Assembly (NCBI GenBank): GCA_037834085.1
Contig: JBBMKC010205043.1
Span: 1-35,438, forward strand
DNA length: 35,438 bases
Direction of reading: 5' to 3'
Source of the DNA: Bipalium vagum
Lineage: Eukaryota
Shown: piece by piece, positions 1 to 14,405 of the stretch
Numbering within the stretch: the first letter of the stretch is position 1
Layout of the letters: each line of letters opens with the position of its first letter
Position numbers and translations under genes: made by a program
Notes under the pieces: model-generated
Databases searched by the model: none
What the model saw: the letters and a program-made list of their open reading frames with translations, nothing else
Told to the model about the DNA's origin: nothing

Positions 1-71
1 TAATATCACGACCCGGTTAATATCATGACTTTTTCTGTAACGGACGCCGTGATATTAAGCGGGTTGCACTG
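1..71. mobile_element. Right end of a pogo/Tigger-like DNA transposon or MITE, truncated by the window edge
   Basis: Ends in ...GATATTAAGCGGGTTGCACTG followed by TA (72-73). The reverse complement TA|CAGTGCAACCCGCTTAATATCACG is a pogo-type TIR, and its core TAATATCA(C/T)G is repeated subterminally. Confidence 0.6.
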
Positions 72-221
72 TATTATGTATGAATAAAATAATAAATATT
101 ATGTATAAATAAAATAATAAATATTATGTATAAATAAAACAATAAATATTATTTATAAAAAAAGTAATAAATATTATTTATAAATAAAATAATAGATGTT
201 ATGTATGAATAAAATAATAAA
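72..221. repeat. 25-bp minisatellite, about 6 copies (TATTATGTATRAATAAAATAATAAA)
   Basis: Six consecutive near-identical 25-nt units read directly from the sequence. Confidence 0.85.
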
Positions 222-1735
222 TATGTTTAAATAAATACTAAATATTTTATTATTTCGATCAATGCGTGCGTGAACATATAAATATTTAAAAGAATATTTT
301 TTGAGGATAATTGTAAATGTTTACTGATTGAGATTTTAATCAATAATAAAATTTGTAAATATGATTAGAGAATCGTCCAAGAAAACAAAGATTCTCTAAA
401 TCGCAAATAAGATTGCAGACTGAAAGAATTTTCAGAAATTTATTTACTGGCTTGAACCTTGGAAAAAAATATCTCGTAATATACTGTAGATTTTTCAACT
501 TTTTTCATCCATGTGCAAAATTCGAAGTAAACAAAATATACTGACTCCTATGAAAATATTTTTCGCAAACCATTGATTAATTGTATATTATTTCTATTTT
601 AACTTTATATATAAAGTAGAGAAAAATAATTTTCAGTCTTCAGCTTTGTTTAAATGCATAAAAAACTGCAATATAATATAAAACTATTTATAATTGATCA
701 AATACTATTATCCTTTACTCGTAAAAATCTTGTATATATTTATTAATAATATGAAAATTGAAGACAAAATAATTTTATGTAAATTGGCTATTTTTATTTT
801 ATATATACGCTCTGTAAAATTTGAAGTTGAATGAATTTAAAAATAGAACTATCCAATCAGATTGAAGATTAATTTCAAAAATAATATCGATCCATCAGAA
901 CTAATGAAAGATTGTTCACCAGTTTTATTTTTTAATTTAAAAAAAATTCTATTTTTTGAAAATAAAAATATTAATATAATATAATAAATTTTATATTTTT
1001 TTATAATTTTCAAAAATTTAATCTTTTGAAATAAAATTTTAAGTAGCAAATAATGACATGAGTTTTAAGCTGAGGATATTTTAAATAAAATAAAAAGAAA
1101 TAGATCACAAATACAAAAAAACGAAGACGTGAGATCCATTTTAAAGAGTTAAAGATGCAAGATCAATTTTAAAATCGGTATTAAATGTTAGAAAGTTGTT
1201 TTGGAGTTCTTTCGTTCAGAAAAAATTGGTTAAATAAAAGCTTGACAACTGACGCTAATTTATGAGCGTAATGTTTTTTGTGTTTTATTTCTTTTTTTAA
1301 AACAATAAAAAATTATTATTAAATATATTTTTATTTTAATATTTCCAAACGCTCTTATACATTCTTTATATAAAGGATACGGAAACCGTTGATTACATTT
1401 ATTTGTTATTATATTAATTATTGATAATTCCTGAATTTTATTAAAAAAAAATAAAACTTGGAAATTGTAAATTTTATTTCATTAAATTATATGAGAGTTC
1501 ATGAAAGAAATGTGGAAAAGTCATTAGAAAATGTAAAATTAATTAAAAATTAAAATAATTAAAATTTTACGTCATTTCAAGATCAATTCATTTCTGTTTG
1601 ACATGAAATTGTTTGAAATATCATAATTCACGATTTTTTTATTATCAGTTAAACATTTTGTAATGTTTTTTCACTGATTTTCTGACTCGTATTTTTCATG
1701 TGCATAATTAATTGGTTTTATTGATTTAATTTACA

Positions 1736-1865
1736 NNNNNNNNNNNNNNNNNNNNNNNNNNNNNNNNNNNNNNNNNNNNNNNNNNNNNNNNNNNNNNNNN
1801 NNNNNNNNNNNNNNNNNNNNNNNNNNNNNNNNNNNNNNNNNNNNNNNNNNNNNNNNNNNNNNNNN
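1736..1865. other. Assembly gap (130 N)
   Basis: Run of n characters. Confidence 1.
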
Positions 1866-4800
1866 TTAATATATTATTGAATTATATTTCTCAAATCCAA
1901 AAGTATTTTTTTTATTTAGTCAATTGATAAAAAAATGAATAAATCGAAATAAATTTATATTAATACACAATATTTATAATATTTATAATGAAACTTAGAT
2001 TCATCAATATGTAAATAAATGAATACAAAACTTGGGTGTAAAAAATTAAAATCTTCATAAAAAGTGAAAATTAATTTCAAAAATGGTGAATAGTTAAATG
2101 ATTTTTTTATTATTGTTACCTATCCAAATATCATTATCACTCCTCAATATTTATCAAAAATTATAAATTATATTAAAATTATTTTGTTGAATTTTATTTA
2201 TGAGTCAGTTTCAATACAATTATGCTTAATATAATCAAAACCAAATTTAATTTATTCTTTAATCAGTTAAAATTTTATAAAGATAATTAAGAAAAATTTC
2301 AAAATTAAACAAACCCAAAATGTGATTAAATATATTTTCAATTAAAATTTCTGTGTGACGGACTTAGAATACAAAATAATCGTTTATTTAACTTGTTTAA
2401 ATTTATAGGAATAATAATTTCTATAAGATAATATTATTACAGAATAACAGAAGGTAACGGAGAATATCCTAAATTAATTTTAAATAAAACATTGAAAAAA
2501 TAAAAATAAATAATATTAAAAGGCTTTTATAATTGTATTAAAAAGTTGAATAAATCTCCTTTAAATTTTCATTGAAATAATTTTATAATTGAAAAGATTT
2601 ATTTAATAATATTATTCGGCGAAGGTTATTTTTAAAAATATTAAATTTTCATAATTTGTTATTTTCAGAATTGTTGTTCTTTTATTTTTGGAATTTTTTT
2701 TTACTTATTAATATTAATCTCAAAAAAAGAAGTAAAGAAAAAATATTTTAATAATTTAATTTTTATGTGAATATTTGTTTGAAATTCAATAAAATATTGA
2801 ACGAAATTATTAATATTCGTTTTAATGTTAATTTCAACCAAATAACCAAAAGATTAATAAATTTGTCTGGGCTGCGACTTTACGAACTCTGGATTTCGAC
2901 ATTCATATAATTGATTATATTTACTAAATCTTCAAAGATGATGAGAAATGAAAGAAGTTTCCTTAATTTTTCAAGAGAAATTTCTTTTTCATTTATTATT
3001 ATGTACATTGTGCAATTATTTAACATAAGAAATAAATAAATTTTCAATAAATTTTAGTCCTTTAAAGTTCTAAATATAAATAAATTTTTGTCTTTATTTT
3101 TTTCTGTACCTTTTTTGTTACTTTTCTCCTCTTTACACTGAAATTTTTGTTTAAAGATATTAAAAAAAAATTTTTGATTAAAAATATTAATTAAAATTAC
3201 CTTTACTTCAAGATGAAACTTTTTCGGACTGTTTGACAAAAAAAATTATATTTAATTTTAACGTAATTATCGTTTTAAAAACTACTCCCAGCTCAAAAGA
3301 GTGACCTGTTCGCGTTTGGAAAATTTTATTATTATTATTTTATTTTATCTGAAATATTATATAATATCATATGCATGATTCAAAAAACTTTTCCTCATAA
3401 AAATAACGTTTTCCTTTGAACGGAATTATAAAAGAGAAATATTTTATTTTTAGAAACTGCAACGAAAATTGTTTTAATTCATTGAAATCGATTATATTAT
3501 TCTCTAAGTTAATAGGAAAATGGGAATTATTATTATTTAGGCAAATCTGAATTTCCTAAGACCCCATGATCCAGATAGACAATAACAGCAGAATATAACG
3601 ATAAATGAAGGAGATTTTAAATCTCACAAGAAACGTACATAATTTATACCGAAAGTAAAATATCCACAGAAATTGATATTTTTCTTGCTTTTAAATTATC
3701 CGTCATTTTCCGGTTGTTTTTTTCAGAGGGAATTATATCCAAACAATAAGGACTTCCGTAGAAAGAAAATATAATTTATGAAATTCTGAAAGAATGGTTT
3801 ATTAGTGAATATAGATTCTAAAACGGGTGATATTTGTTAAGACAATTTTATTAGGAAACTGATATTTGTAGATGTCAAAAATAATTGAAAATCATTATTC
3901 AATCATTAAATTCTGTTTTTCACTTGTAATATTTGTAAAATTAGGTGTAAAATATTTTTTAATTATAAAAGCTACTTGATCATATAGAATAATATAATAA
4001 AATGAAGTAAGAATAAAATTAAAACAACACTAATATTTCATTGAAATAATTCAGAGACCCAAATTTAACAATTTCAACAAAAGAATACAAATGTTCTAAG
4101 CCAAAATACAGAAAGAATAAATTCAAGAAATTGAGTGAAACAATAAAAATTTTTAAAAAAATATTGAAGAAAATAAACTGTCTGCTTGTAAAAATATGTT
4201 ATATAAAAATGTTGGTTTTTTAACGTTGTGTTTAATTGCTATATCTTCAGCCGTAATAAAGATTTTCCAATAAATTTTGTTTAAAAAACTTTTTTCCCAA
4301 TAAATTCATAATTATTGATTTTTTCTAAAACTTATTATTAATTACAAATTTATCGTCATGTTTAATTTTCTTATAAATACTTTATACTCTACAGAATAGA
4401 AAATGAACGAAAATTTGCAAGTAGAAATAAAAATAAGGCACAATTTTAGCCCGGTACTTGTCAAACACTAATGATAAGAAAATATTAAAGTGGAAAGTAA
4501 CCACCCATAATTAGCCTCGAATTGAAAAATAAATGAAAATACGGAAGCTTCAGATTTTGTCTCGTTAATTTAAGTTTTAAATTCGTTAATTTACTCTCTA
4601 AACCCGGTAATTAGATTTTTAAAATTCTTTTACTATATTCTAAAAGTTTCGGTTAATTTTTTTAATCTTAAATTTAATGCATTACATTTTTTACATTAAT
4701 AAATTAAATTTAAATTTTAAAGGAGAATTTTAATAATGTTCTTACAAATAGATTAATATTATATACATTAATAATATTTTTAAAAAGAATTCATTTTATT

Positions 4801-7800
4801 ATTGTTTTAATATGTACTCCTTATAAAATATAGTTTTAAATGTAAAAATAATAATTTACTGGGATTCATTTTTGACGATTTTTATTTTTATTATTTGTGT
4901 TTCTAACAGTTTTCTATATCTTTAATTTTCATATAATCTTATTTTATTTGTGGTATTGATGGAAAAAATTAAAATAAAAATATGTTTAATGTGTCTAATT
5001 AATCTTCATATATGAAATATCTTTAAAATCATTTGATTTTATCAAAAGATGATAACATAAACACATTAAAAATATCTTTAATTTATCCATTTCTGATCAA
5101 TTTTTGATCTAATATTAAATAACATTAATTAACGTTCTTAATGATGTAAATTGATAATAATTATCGCTCTATTTTGGGAATTTGACATTATTACAGAAGA
5201 TTTTATTAAATAAATACAGAAATGTTGTTAAATATATAAAATAAGACGTTCTGTGCAATTTCAAAAAACATAAATTTTAAATATTTTCAAAAATATGCAT
5301 AAATAGTTTAACGAAAAATAATAATAAATAAAAATCTGTCGTCAATTTTTTATGTACATCTTTATAGTTGATTAATGTATATCCTAGAGAATTATGAACA
5401 CTGGAAAGGTACTCATAAAATCTCCAATCTTTAAGCTGGGGATGTGAAATATTTCACTTCAAAGGCTGTCACAAAAACATTACTGAAACTTCTAATAGTA
5501 GTACATTTTATCCTTCAATATATATTATTTTACCAATAAAACAAACTATGTGAAGTGGACAATGATCATGCCTGTCAACCCACGCCGTCAATAAATAAAG
5601 AAAATATGTTATCCAATCTAACAATAGGGACAAAAAAAAGGAAAGTAGAAAGAAACGACTGAAGATTTATAAAATCCACATCCTAAACTAGAGAAAGTTT
5701 TTTTTTATAGAAAATAATATTTTAATAAAACTTTTTTTATCGTTTCGTGAAAGCCTCTCTCAAAGACAATCTCAATATCTGATGATTTTCGTGATTCCTG
5801 ATTGTTTCAAATAGCGACCCCTTTTAAGGTCTTCAGAAAAAATATATTTCATGAATTAATGAAGTTGATTATATTGCTCAAACAGATATTTGGTTGGACA
5901 GAAAGAAAAGAAAAAGGACAAAAGGAAAATAATACTTTGAATACATTTCTGTAAAATATCTTGGCGATTTCAATATGGATATCGTCACAGAATCAATGAA
6001 ACATTATATAATGACGACATAATCCGACTGATGTAAAAAGAGAGCAAAATACAAAAAACCTAATATTCTCCACACTCTCCCCCGCTTTCTGTAGACCTTA
6101 TTATTAATAGAAAGGGAGAATATTTTTCAATAATTTCATCCTATCAATCTTAATGTACTTTAATTGATGACTTCATTATGAAATCTTTTATTTTTGAAAA
6201 GCTCAAAAAATATTAAATTACTAAAGTTGAATTAGAAAATGAAATATTCATTATTCTGTTTAGTAAAAATTGTCAATTTACTTTATTTCGTCTGAAAAGA
6301 AGAAAAATTTTAAGATGAAAGAGTCAAGTCTCAAAGTCAACAGAGGGAGATAAACAAATTCGATCAGAAAGAATTCTATGCTGAGTTTGATCGTTTACAA
6401 ATCTACGAGTTTATAATTCAAGAGGATGGGAACAAAATAACGGGAAAATAGAATATTACCATTGACGAACAAGTTACTTAATTAAATATGGTACGCTGCG
6501 GTTGATCGGGATCATCTGCTGATCGGCAATTTGGTCAGGATTAGTTAGAGTCTGAACCAGAATCACAATGTCGAGATGCTGTGTTCGTCAGGAAATGTAG
6601 TTGAGATTAAAGGAATATCCAGATGAAACGGATTCGAATTAAACAAAGTTTTTGTATTAATAAAACAGATTTTGACAACGGATCGAAGCATTTCTTTAAA
6701 AAAAATTACCTGGGGCATATATTTTTTATTCACCATGTTACTAAAAGAAAGGTTTTCTAGATTTTCTTATTAATCGTCTGTTATTCCATTTCTTTAATTA
6801 TTAAGACTTTTGAATTGCTTTTATGTGCCAAATAAATATTCTTAGAAAAGAAACATGAAAATATTAATTACTTTGTTAATACTCATTTTCTTTGGATAAC
6901 AATGACAATGAAGATTTATTCATTTTTTAATTATACAAATATCCCTCTGTATTTTATTTTCCCAAAAGTAAATCAACAAACCTATATTTTTTTAGCCAAT
7001 ATTTTTTAATAAAATAAGTTTAATTAGATGAGATTTCATTATATATTAACAATATTAATAATATATAATATATACCTTGAATATTAAGGATTAAGACTAT
7101 ATCAGTTTTTCTGGATATTAAGGAATATTAGAGCATTTTTTTATTTTTCATAGTTAAGGTCAACAATTTATTTCAGTCATAAGTAACTCAACAAATTTTT
7201 TAATCGAGCTTAGTTAAAAAAAATTTCTTTGCGTCTTTTTACTTTTAATATGTAATCTAGAATTATCAAAGTATATTTTGGAACAATCTTTAAAAAGTAT
7301 AATTCATTTTGGTTAGTATAATTCAGTTTTATATTTAAAAAAATTGATTGTTAACTTACTTTTTGGGGCAACTTTATACAATAACATATGTTTATTATGA
7401 AAATAATAGAGTTACACAATATTCGGGATCATTAAATCTGATCGAAAAGATTTTTTGTCACATCATCTACTTTGTAAACAAGATCATTATATTTTCAACA
7501 TTTCAATCAAAGATCAGACCTAAAATTATAAATGAATTCTCAAAATAAATGTTATTCTTATAGACTGATATTTATTCCTAGAGTCTACTAGTTTTCCTTT
7601 TTCTGATGGTTTCATAAAAAAACTATGGTAATTATTCAGAAATAGTAAAAAAAAATGCAATGTTTATCAATTCCAAAATATGAATCCTATCCGAACCTAA
7701 ATTCTGACCTCAGTCGAATCTCAATCTCATTAATTAACAGACTGAAATATTGATCTTGTACAAGACAAGTGTAATACTTTTCTAAGATTTCTGTCAAAAC

Positions 7801-8223
7801 TCAAATCTATTACAAAATATAAATAAATACATGTAAAAAAATCGAGTGATTAGAATGGGAAATATTATAGATACATAATGATTATGAGAAAAACGTATTC
7901 CTTTTCGATCTGGATACAATTGCTTCACATGCAGCCAATCGTATAAAATCAAGATATGATGATAATAGTCTAACTATTGCTTAATGTTATCGTTGCCATA
8001 AAAAAATCCGAAATGAAAACAGAAATCTTGAGGACATTTCGAAGTTTGAAATTTTCATTGCTGGACAATTAAATTTTGAAACAGTTGGTTGCATCAAACT
8101 CGATGCAATTTTGTGAAGAGTAAGTTATAATATTTATTCATTACAAAAGAAATATATTAGACCAGTCGGAAGAAATTTAAATACTCAATTTTACACTTTT
8201 ATTTTTAACGTAATCATAAAATA

Positions 8224-8255
8224 CAGGGTGACTTTTAAGTAGCTTTACAACTTTA
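8224..8255. mobile_element. Orphan Tc1/mariner-superfamily terminus (TA|CAGGGTG...)
   Basis: TA followed by CAGGGTGACTTTTAAGTAGCTTTACAAC, the same terminal motif as the element at 31152-32025. No partner TIR was found. Confidence 0.3.
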
Positions 8256-8542
8256 ACATTTAATAAATATGTTATTATTTTTATCTGAACTAATTTATCT
8301 GAACTATTGTTATGTTTACTATGGATAATCACATATTTATACTTTTAATGTAATTCTCTTCATTTTAAGTAGATGATATCTGTAATTTTAGACTTTCATT
8401 TCTTTATTTATTTATCCACTTTTAAGTAAAACTCATTTTGAACATAACAATAATATTATTATTTACTTATTAATATTATTATTATTATAAGAGAAAGAAG
8501 GAAAACGAGATGAAAAGAGCAGAAAAAATGAAAAAAGAATAA

Positions 8543-8543
8543 T

Positions 8544-8581
<38 letters not shown>

Positions 8582-8614
8582 TAATAATAATAATAATAAA
8601 AATAATAATAATAA
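8543..8614. repeat. (AAT)n microsatellite
   Basis: Interrupted AAT run. It explains the poly-Tyr ORF 8485..8670. Confidence 0.95.
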
Positions 8615-11600
8615 TGAGTAGATTGAAATAGTATCAAGTATTGTACACTTCTGAGATAGGGGCTAAACAATTATCAACACCAAATAAGAATTTCATTCAT
8701 TCTAACATGAATGTTCAGCTCAATTTCAAAACTTTTATTTTTCATAAAATTCATTGATTTTATTTATAAATTATCTCAAATGTTAACGTGAAAATGGGAA
8801 AAACCAAGCAGAATAATTTTCCCGTGAAATTTTCAATGTCCAAAGAATTTTCATATTTTCCTATTTAACATTATTTTCTTTTCTCTGTGGAAAGATATTA
8901 AGATTGTCACACTATAAGAAAAGACAAAATTCTGATATTTTTATTGTTTGTCTAAATGCAATTAACTCTAATGATATATATTAATAAAATAATTGATCTT
9001 CAGTTATTATATACCGATAGATTTCAATTCAACAATCTTTAAGCTGAACCGAAATTTTCTGATTTCTAAATTAATAGGGTTTGATCCATTAAAATAATTA
9101 ATAAAGAGACGGAAAACTATTTTTAGAATTTCTCTTTTAAAAATTTAATGGTCTCTGAAAAATTTATAGAAATTGTTAATTTCTTTTTATTACATTTTTT
9201 ATAAAATCTCTGAAAGCAATAAATCGTATGTAACAATTTAATTTTACAATAACCCTAGAGTCAATAGTAAAATATGAAGCCATTTAGAGAAGATAAATTA
9301 TCTTATCCAAAAACTTTCTTAAAAAGAATTTGGAAAATATTTATTTATTAATTTCCTATTTTTAAATAAATAAATATAATATATAAAAATAATATATATA
9401 AATAAATAATATATATATCAAAATATAAAAGAAATAAATATTGATTAATTATATTTTTTGATAATTTGGTAGATGCTTGATGTCTGGTAGGAAAATTGTC
9501 AGTTTTCCCCAAAAAAACAGGGCTACAATAGTTAAGAGGCAGAACTTAGTACGAAAACCTGGACGAAATCAGACATTTCAAGTGATGTAAACAAAGATTC
9601 GGAAAATTGCTTAAATAGCTTGAAAAATAAAACAAATATTGAAGTATATAAAAGGAGAAATATAATTGTCAAATACTTGCGTTTCCACTGAAGCCGACCT
9701 TAATGACCTTTTTATATATATTTATGTATATATATTTTGGAGATTTGGATTTATATTATTTAAGATATACCCAACCATTACTTTCCTTAAAAATTAATTA
9801 TGGTAATTTTTATTTATTTTATAAATAAGTATAAATAATTTTTTTATAACTAAAAATTTTTTTTATAAATAAAATCAACAAATACATAAAATAAAATATT
9901 ATAAAAGTCATAATAAATATTATTGAAATTGTTTTAACTTTACCAGTTTTAAGGCATTAATAATTGTAAATTAAAAATATTGTGACTTAAATAATAAATA
10001 TTTTAATCTTTAACATTTAAATATAAGAAATGATTAACAAATTAATAATTAATAAATTAATTAATTTAAATAGAAAAACAAATGAATAAAATAAAATTTT
10101 AAAAAATCTTAAACAATTAAAAATTTTGTTATACTTGACATGTGAAAGTGATTGAGAGACTTTAAATTGTTTTAAAAAGATTTTCAAATTAAGACTGCAA
10201 GGTTTCGACAAAATTAAATTAAATTATTTACATTTGATAATTTTGAAAGTATTTCTTTAAATCTAATATTTTTATGGAATCGATTGAACTTTTCTTCTGA
10301 TATGCTAATATCCTGATCTTCTGTAGTATCTATCAAGTCTTTAGGACTCGGACTGCCTGAATATGCTTTCTCAACAGATAGATATATTATTATGGGAATC
10401 AATAATATTAGTAATCAATAATAATACTAAAAATAGAAATAAATGATTCAGCATTATACATCTAATTTTAATCCGTGTATTTCTACAGAAAACCCATAAA
10501 AATATTGGTGCCACGTTTACAAAAGGTTTTTGAATGTCATGGTAACTATTTCGATGAATAAAAGTATGTTATAATTTTTGTTAATTAAACTTTATTTTAA
10601 TATAAAAACGAACGAACTTTTATGGTTAAGTGACTTATATTTGAAGAAGGTCTTCAGAGCAAAGTTCTTTCACAAAAATCTTTAGATATTGAACAATTAA
10701 ATGTTACCTTTCGTCAAATTTGGACTCCATGATGTCTTAATAGATCCAAATTACAATTATCAGTCAAAATTAATGTGCACTGTTTCATTGTTGTAAATCA
10801 AATAAAGTTTGAACTCTCTTACCTTTCGAGAGTTTTGTTTGTTTCTCATTATTTAAGTATTAATAGATTTTTTTTTCATTTGGTTTTCATAATAGAAACT
10901 TGTCATAAGTGATTTATCTGTATTCTTCATGCAAACGAGACCATATAGACATAGATTCTATGGTTTAGAAGAACAATGAAAGAAGGAGAATATTTTTCAA
11001 GAAGCATTTACGAAGACTATCAAGCGTGTATATGTTCTCTTGATAACTTTCAAAACAATAACATTTAATTTTTTGACAAAAATTTTGAATTTTTAAAAAA
11101 ATTTCTTAATATTACATTTAACCTAAAAAGTACGTTTTTAATGACTCCTTGAAATTCTGGCAGATTTAGGCATATTTCTAATAGTCTCAACCAAACTTCC
11201 AAAGACCGAATATTTTTTGTTTTCCGAAAGTTATCTTTCAGTTTGTATTTCCGGTATTTTTCCCATTTCCGTTTTTCTAATTTCCTTAACTCATTTAATT
11301 CATCAGATCTCAGTCCTCAAAAATACAATTTCGGAAATTCACCAATGTAAAACCTTATCAAACGTTGAAAACTTTTCTAATTAATTCATTTATTAAAACA
11401 ATAAAATACTTAAATAAAAGATCAGAAATTTTAATTTTGTATCAAAGAAGGTGATAATATTTAATTGTGATGAGTTTTAACATAGGATAATCAGCATTTT
11501 GAAGATTTTGTATAGTTTCGTTTTAAACCTATTTATTGATCATGTATCATATGATAAATTTTAAAATTTGAACGAAAATAATTAAAAATTAACTACACAA

Positions 11601-12234
11601 ATTAGTCTAATTAAGGGTTACAAAACAAAACAGTTTTAAATTAAAATTGAAGAAAAATTACTTAATTTTTTCCTCCTGAGGAACTATTTTTGTGTGATAA
11701 AATTAAAAATAATATTTTTAAAATAATAATAATATTATTTTTAAAAATACTGGAAAAACTATTTTCAACAAAAAAATTGCAGTCCTAATTATCTTTGGAG
11801 AAATATAATTTTGACAAGTAAGAAAATAAATAGGAAAATAATTTTAAATTTATATTTCAATTTTATCTTCAATCTATTTTTCATATTCTGTAATTGATTT
11901 TTCAGATTTAAAGGTTTTAAGCTAAGAAATGATTGATTATTATTAAAATATGCACGAGGTTGCTTATCTTTAAAATATCTGGTAAAAATTGTAATTACGC
12001 CTTAATGGGAGAAAAATATTTATTTATTATATATAAATAACAAACTCACATAATTAGCAAAAATAGTTTCATACTTTTGCTTTTTGTTAATTTGTTTAAA
12101 AAATTTAATTCTGAAAATATTTTCAAATTACTTTTATCATTTAATATTTTACATAAATAATCAACTTGGTCAACAAATTAGTTACTATTTCATTTACTAC
12201 TATTTATTAATTAACTATTTATTATTGTTATATA

Positions 12235-12581
12235 CAGGGGTGCAAAAGTAGGTGTATAGTAATAAAAAAGAAAAAATGCATATATTTACTTCATTTATTA
12301 TACAAATAAACTCGCACCATTGAAAATATCATTCAGTTAATTTTGGAAGCTTGTCAGGAAAATGATTAATCTTTGTTCTTGAGTGTGCATGAGTGTTCAT
12401 TCACGATTAGAAAAGTTTGTTAATGCTGACGGATGTCAATTGCCTACCTGGGGGATTAGATCTTCTTATTACACGTACTTCTAATTATTGTTTAGGCGAT
12501 ATTAGTTTGTTTGTTTAATAAATGTAATAAATATATACGTATTTTCTTTTATATCACTGTACACCTACGTTTGCACTCCTC
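12235..12581. mobile_element. MITE / non-autonomous Tc1-mariner-superfamily element (about 347 bp)
   Basis: Left end TA|CAGGGGTGCAAAAGTAGGTGTATAGTAATAAAAAAGAAAAAATGCATATATTTA. Right end (reverse complement) GAGGAGTGCAAACGTAGGTGTACAGTGATATAAAAGAAAATACGTATATATTTA. This gives an imperfect TIR of about 55 bp with no coding capacity. Confidence 0.75.
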
Positions 12582-13765
12582 TTTATATTTCAAATAAATC
12601 GATTTTATTCTTATTTTAACCAAAATTAATCATAATACTCTTTTCAATTCATAATGAATGGTCTATTTTGAGAAATCTCTTTTCACATTCTTATGAAAAT
12701 TTTCATTCATTTTTTATTCTTCTCTTTTAATATTTTTGAAATACGAAATTTTCAATTTCTTCTTCATGATTGACTTCTGTACATTTTCTCTTTAATATGT
12801 TGAAAATAAAATTAATAATGTTCAGTTTTCTCAACCGGAATCAATATACAGAAACAACAAACATTTTAAATATATTAATTGAAAAATCTCAATCTTCGAA
12901 ATCTCATTAAATATTTTTATATAATAAAACAATAAAAAATTATATTAATAAAAAAATTAGAATCTATTTCATATTATTGTTAGAAAACTTTTTTATCGGT
13001 AGAGAACAATATACCAAAATACTTTCTTGAATTGAACCTATTTCATTCAGAAATAAAATATTTTTTTTGTAATTATTTTAATTAAAGAAAATATAAAAGA
13101 AAAAGACATGTCATTTTTATTAAACAATTTACATATTACTTCTTACTTTACTTGATTGCTTATTCTTGTAACAAATGTCTGTTTACATAAATATTTTTTA
13201 CATAATAATAATTGATAATAATATTTTTAATTTGTCTTCTGGTATTAAAAGAAAATAAATTTTCTTTAGAATAAATTACCAGTGAAAATAAATTTGGCAA
13301 AGAAATTATATCATAAAATTTGAAAGAAGTAATTTGAGATAATAATATATTTTTATGTTAATCAATATCATCAAAGTTTCGATAATAATATATCTCAATT
13401 GTTTGGAAAATCCGCTTAAGCAATATCTTTTTTATATAATGAAATAAAAAATGTATCGGGATTTTAATTCGATCACCCTTAAAAAGTACTATTTTAATGA
13501 TATATGATGTACTTGTATGAGTAACATTGAAATTAATATTATTTATACTATATTATTACATTAATTATGTATCGATTCTAATTTGTTTATATTTTAATAA
13601 TATTATTATTTTTATTTCTTTGTTTTCCAAAATTATGTCACAGATAAACAAATAGAATTTTAATGACAAAATTATATTTTTTATTATATATTTTTGTTAA
13701 TTTTTTTTCAATAAAATAAATAAGTCTCGTTGATTAGTAATGCAAATAAATAAATAAAATATTAC

Positions 13766-14093
13766 CTTGGAACATAATGAAGTGTTCATTATATTTTTGT
13801 GGCTCTCTTGGATGTCATTTGCATCACTCAAACTCCAATCACCCTCAGACTCTTCACTATTAACCTCTTTTAATCCGACCCAACTTCGCTTTTGAGGACT
13901 GGGAGTTGAAATTTTATGAGACGTCTGTAAAGCTTGAGCTGACCGACTTCCTTGAAATATTCCCATCAAGGTTTTCTGTTTCATCAATTTCGTGTATAAT
14001 TTTGAGGATATCTTTTCATTGCTAGCATTCAGGTCGTTTAATTTTCCACTATCAGTTATTTCCATGAATGGAAAATTAAATTCACAACGATTA
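13766..14093 (-). CDS. Orphan internal coding exon of an unidentified gene (Ser/Lys/Glu-rich, probably disordered)
   Basis: Acceptor tttattttcatag| before 14093, then a 328-nt open frame (NRCEFNFPFMEITDSGKL...SEESEGDWSLSD...NTSLCSK), then donor AAG|gtaata at 13765. GC is higher than the flanks. Neighbouring exons were not established. Confidence 0.55.
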
Positions 14094-14405
14094 CTATGAA
14101 AATAAATCGATACTATTTTATTGGACTGTTTGAATTAGATTTTGTGATGTAAAGAGAATGGGAAATATTATTTATTTTAACTAAATTGTCATTGGTTATC
14201 AACATTGATGAATGTAGTACTTTTTTAATATAAAATCAGGTAATATCATTGAAATTAGATAAAATATACAGAATCATTTTCTTTTAAGTAAATAAAATTT
14301 TTCTTTAAATAAAATTACATTAATACTACTTTTTTCTATTATTAATTTTTATATTTATAATTTTTATGAAGATTTGTTAGCAATATTTATAGTATTATTA
14401 TATTA

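Noticed and set aside
849-7548. Short I/K/F/N-rich ORFs (849, 3054, 7348; also 10017, 20645, 21082, 32458, 34381, 35155)
   Set aside because: Composition expected from AT-rich non-coding DNA, with no motifs or consistent splice structure.
8485-8670. Poly-Tyr ORF
   Set aside because: Translation of the (AAT)n microsatellite.
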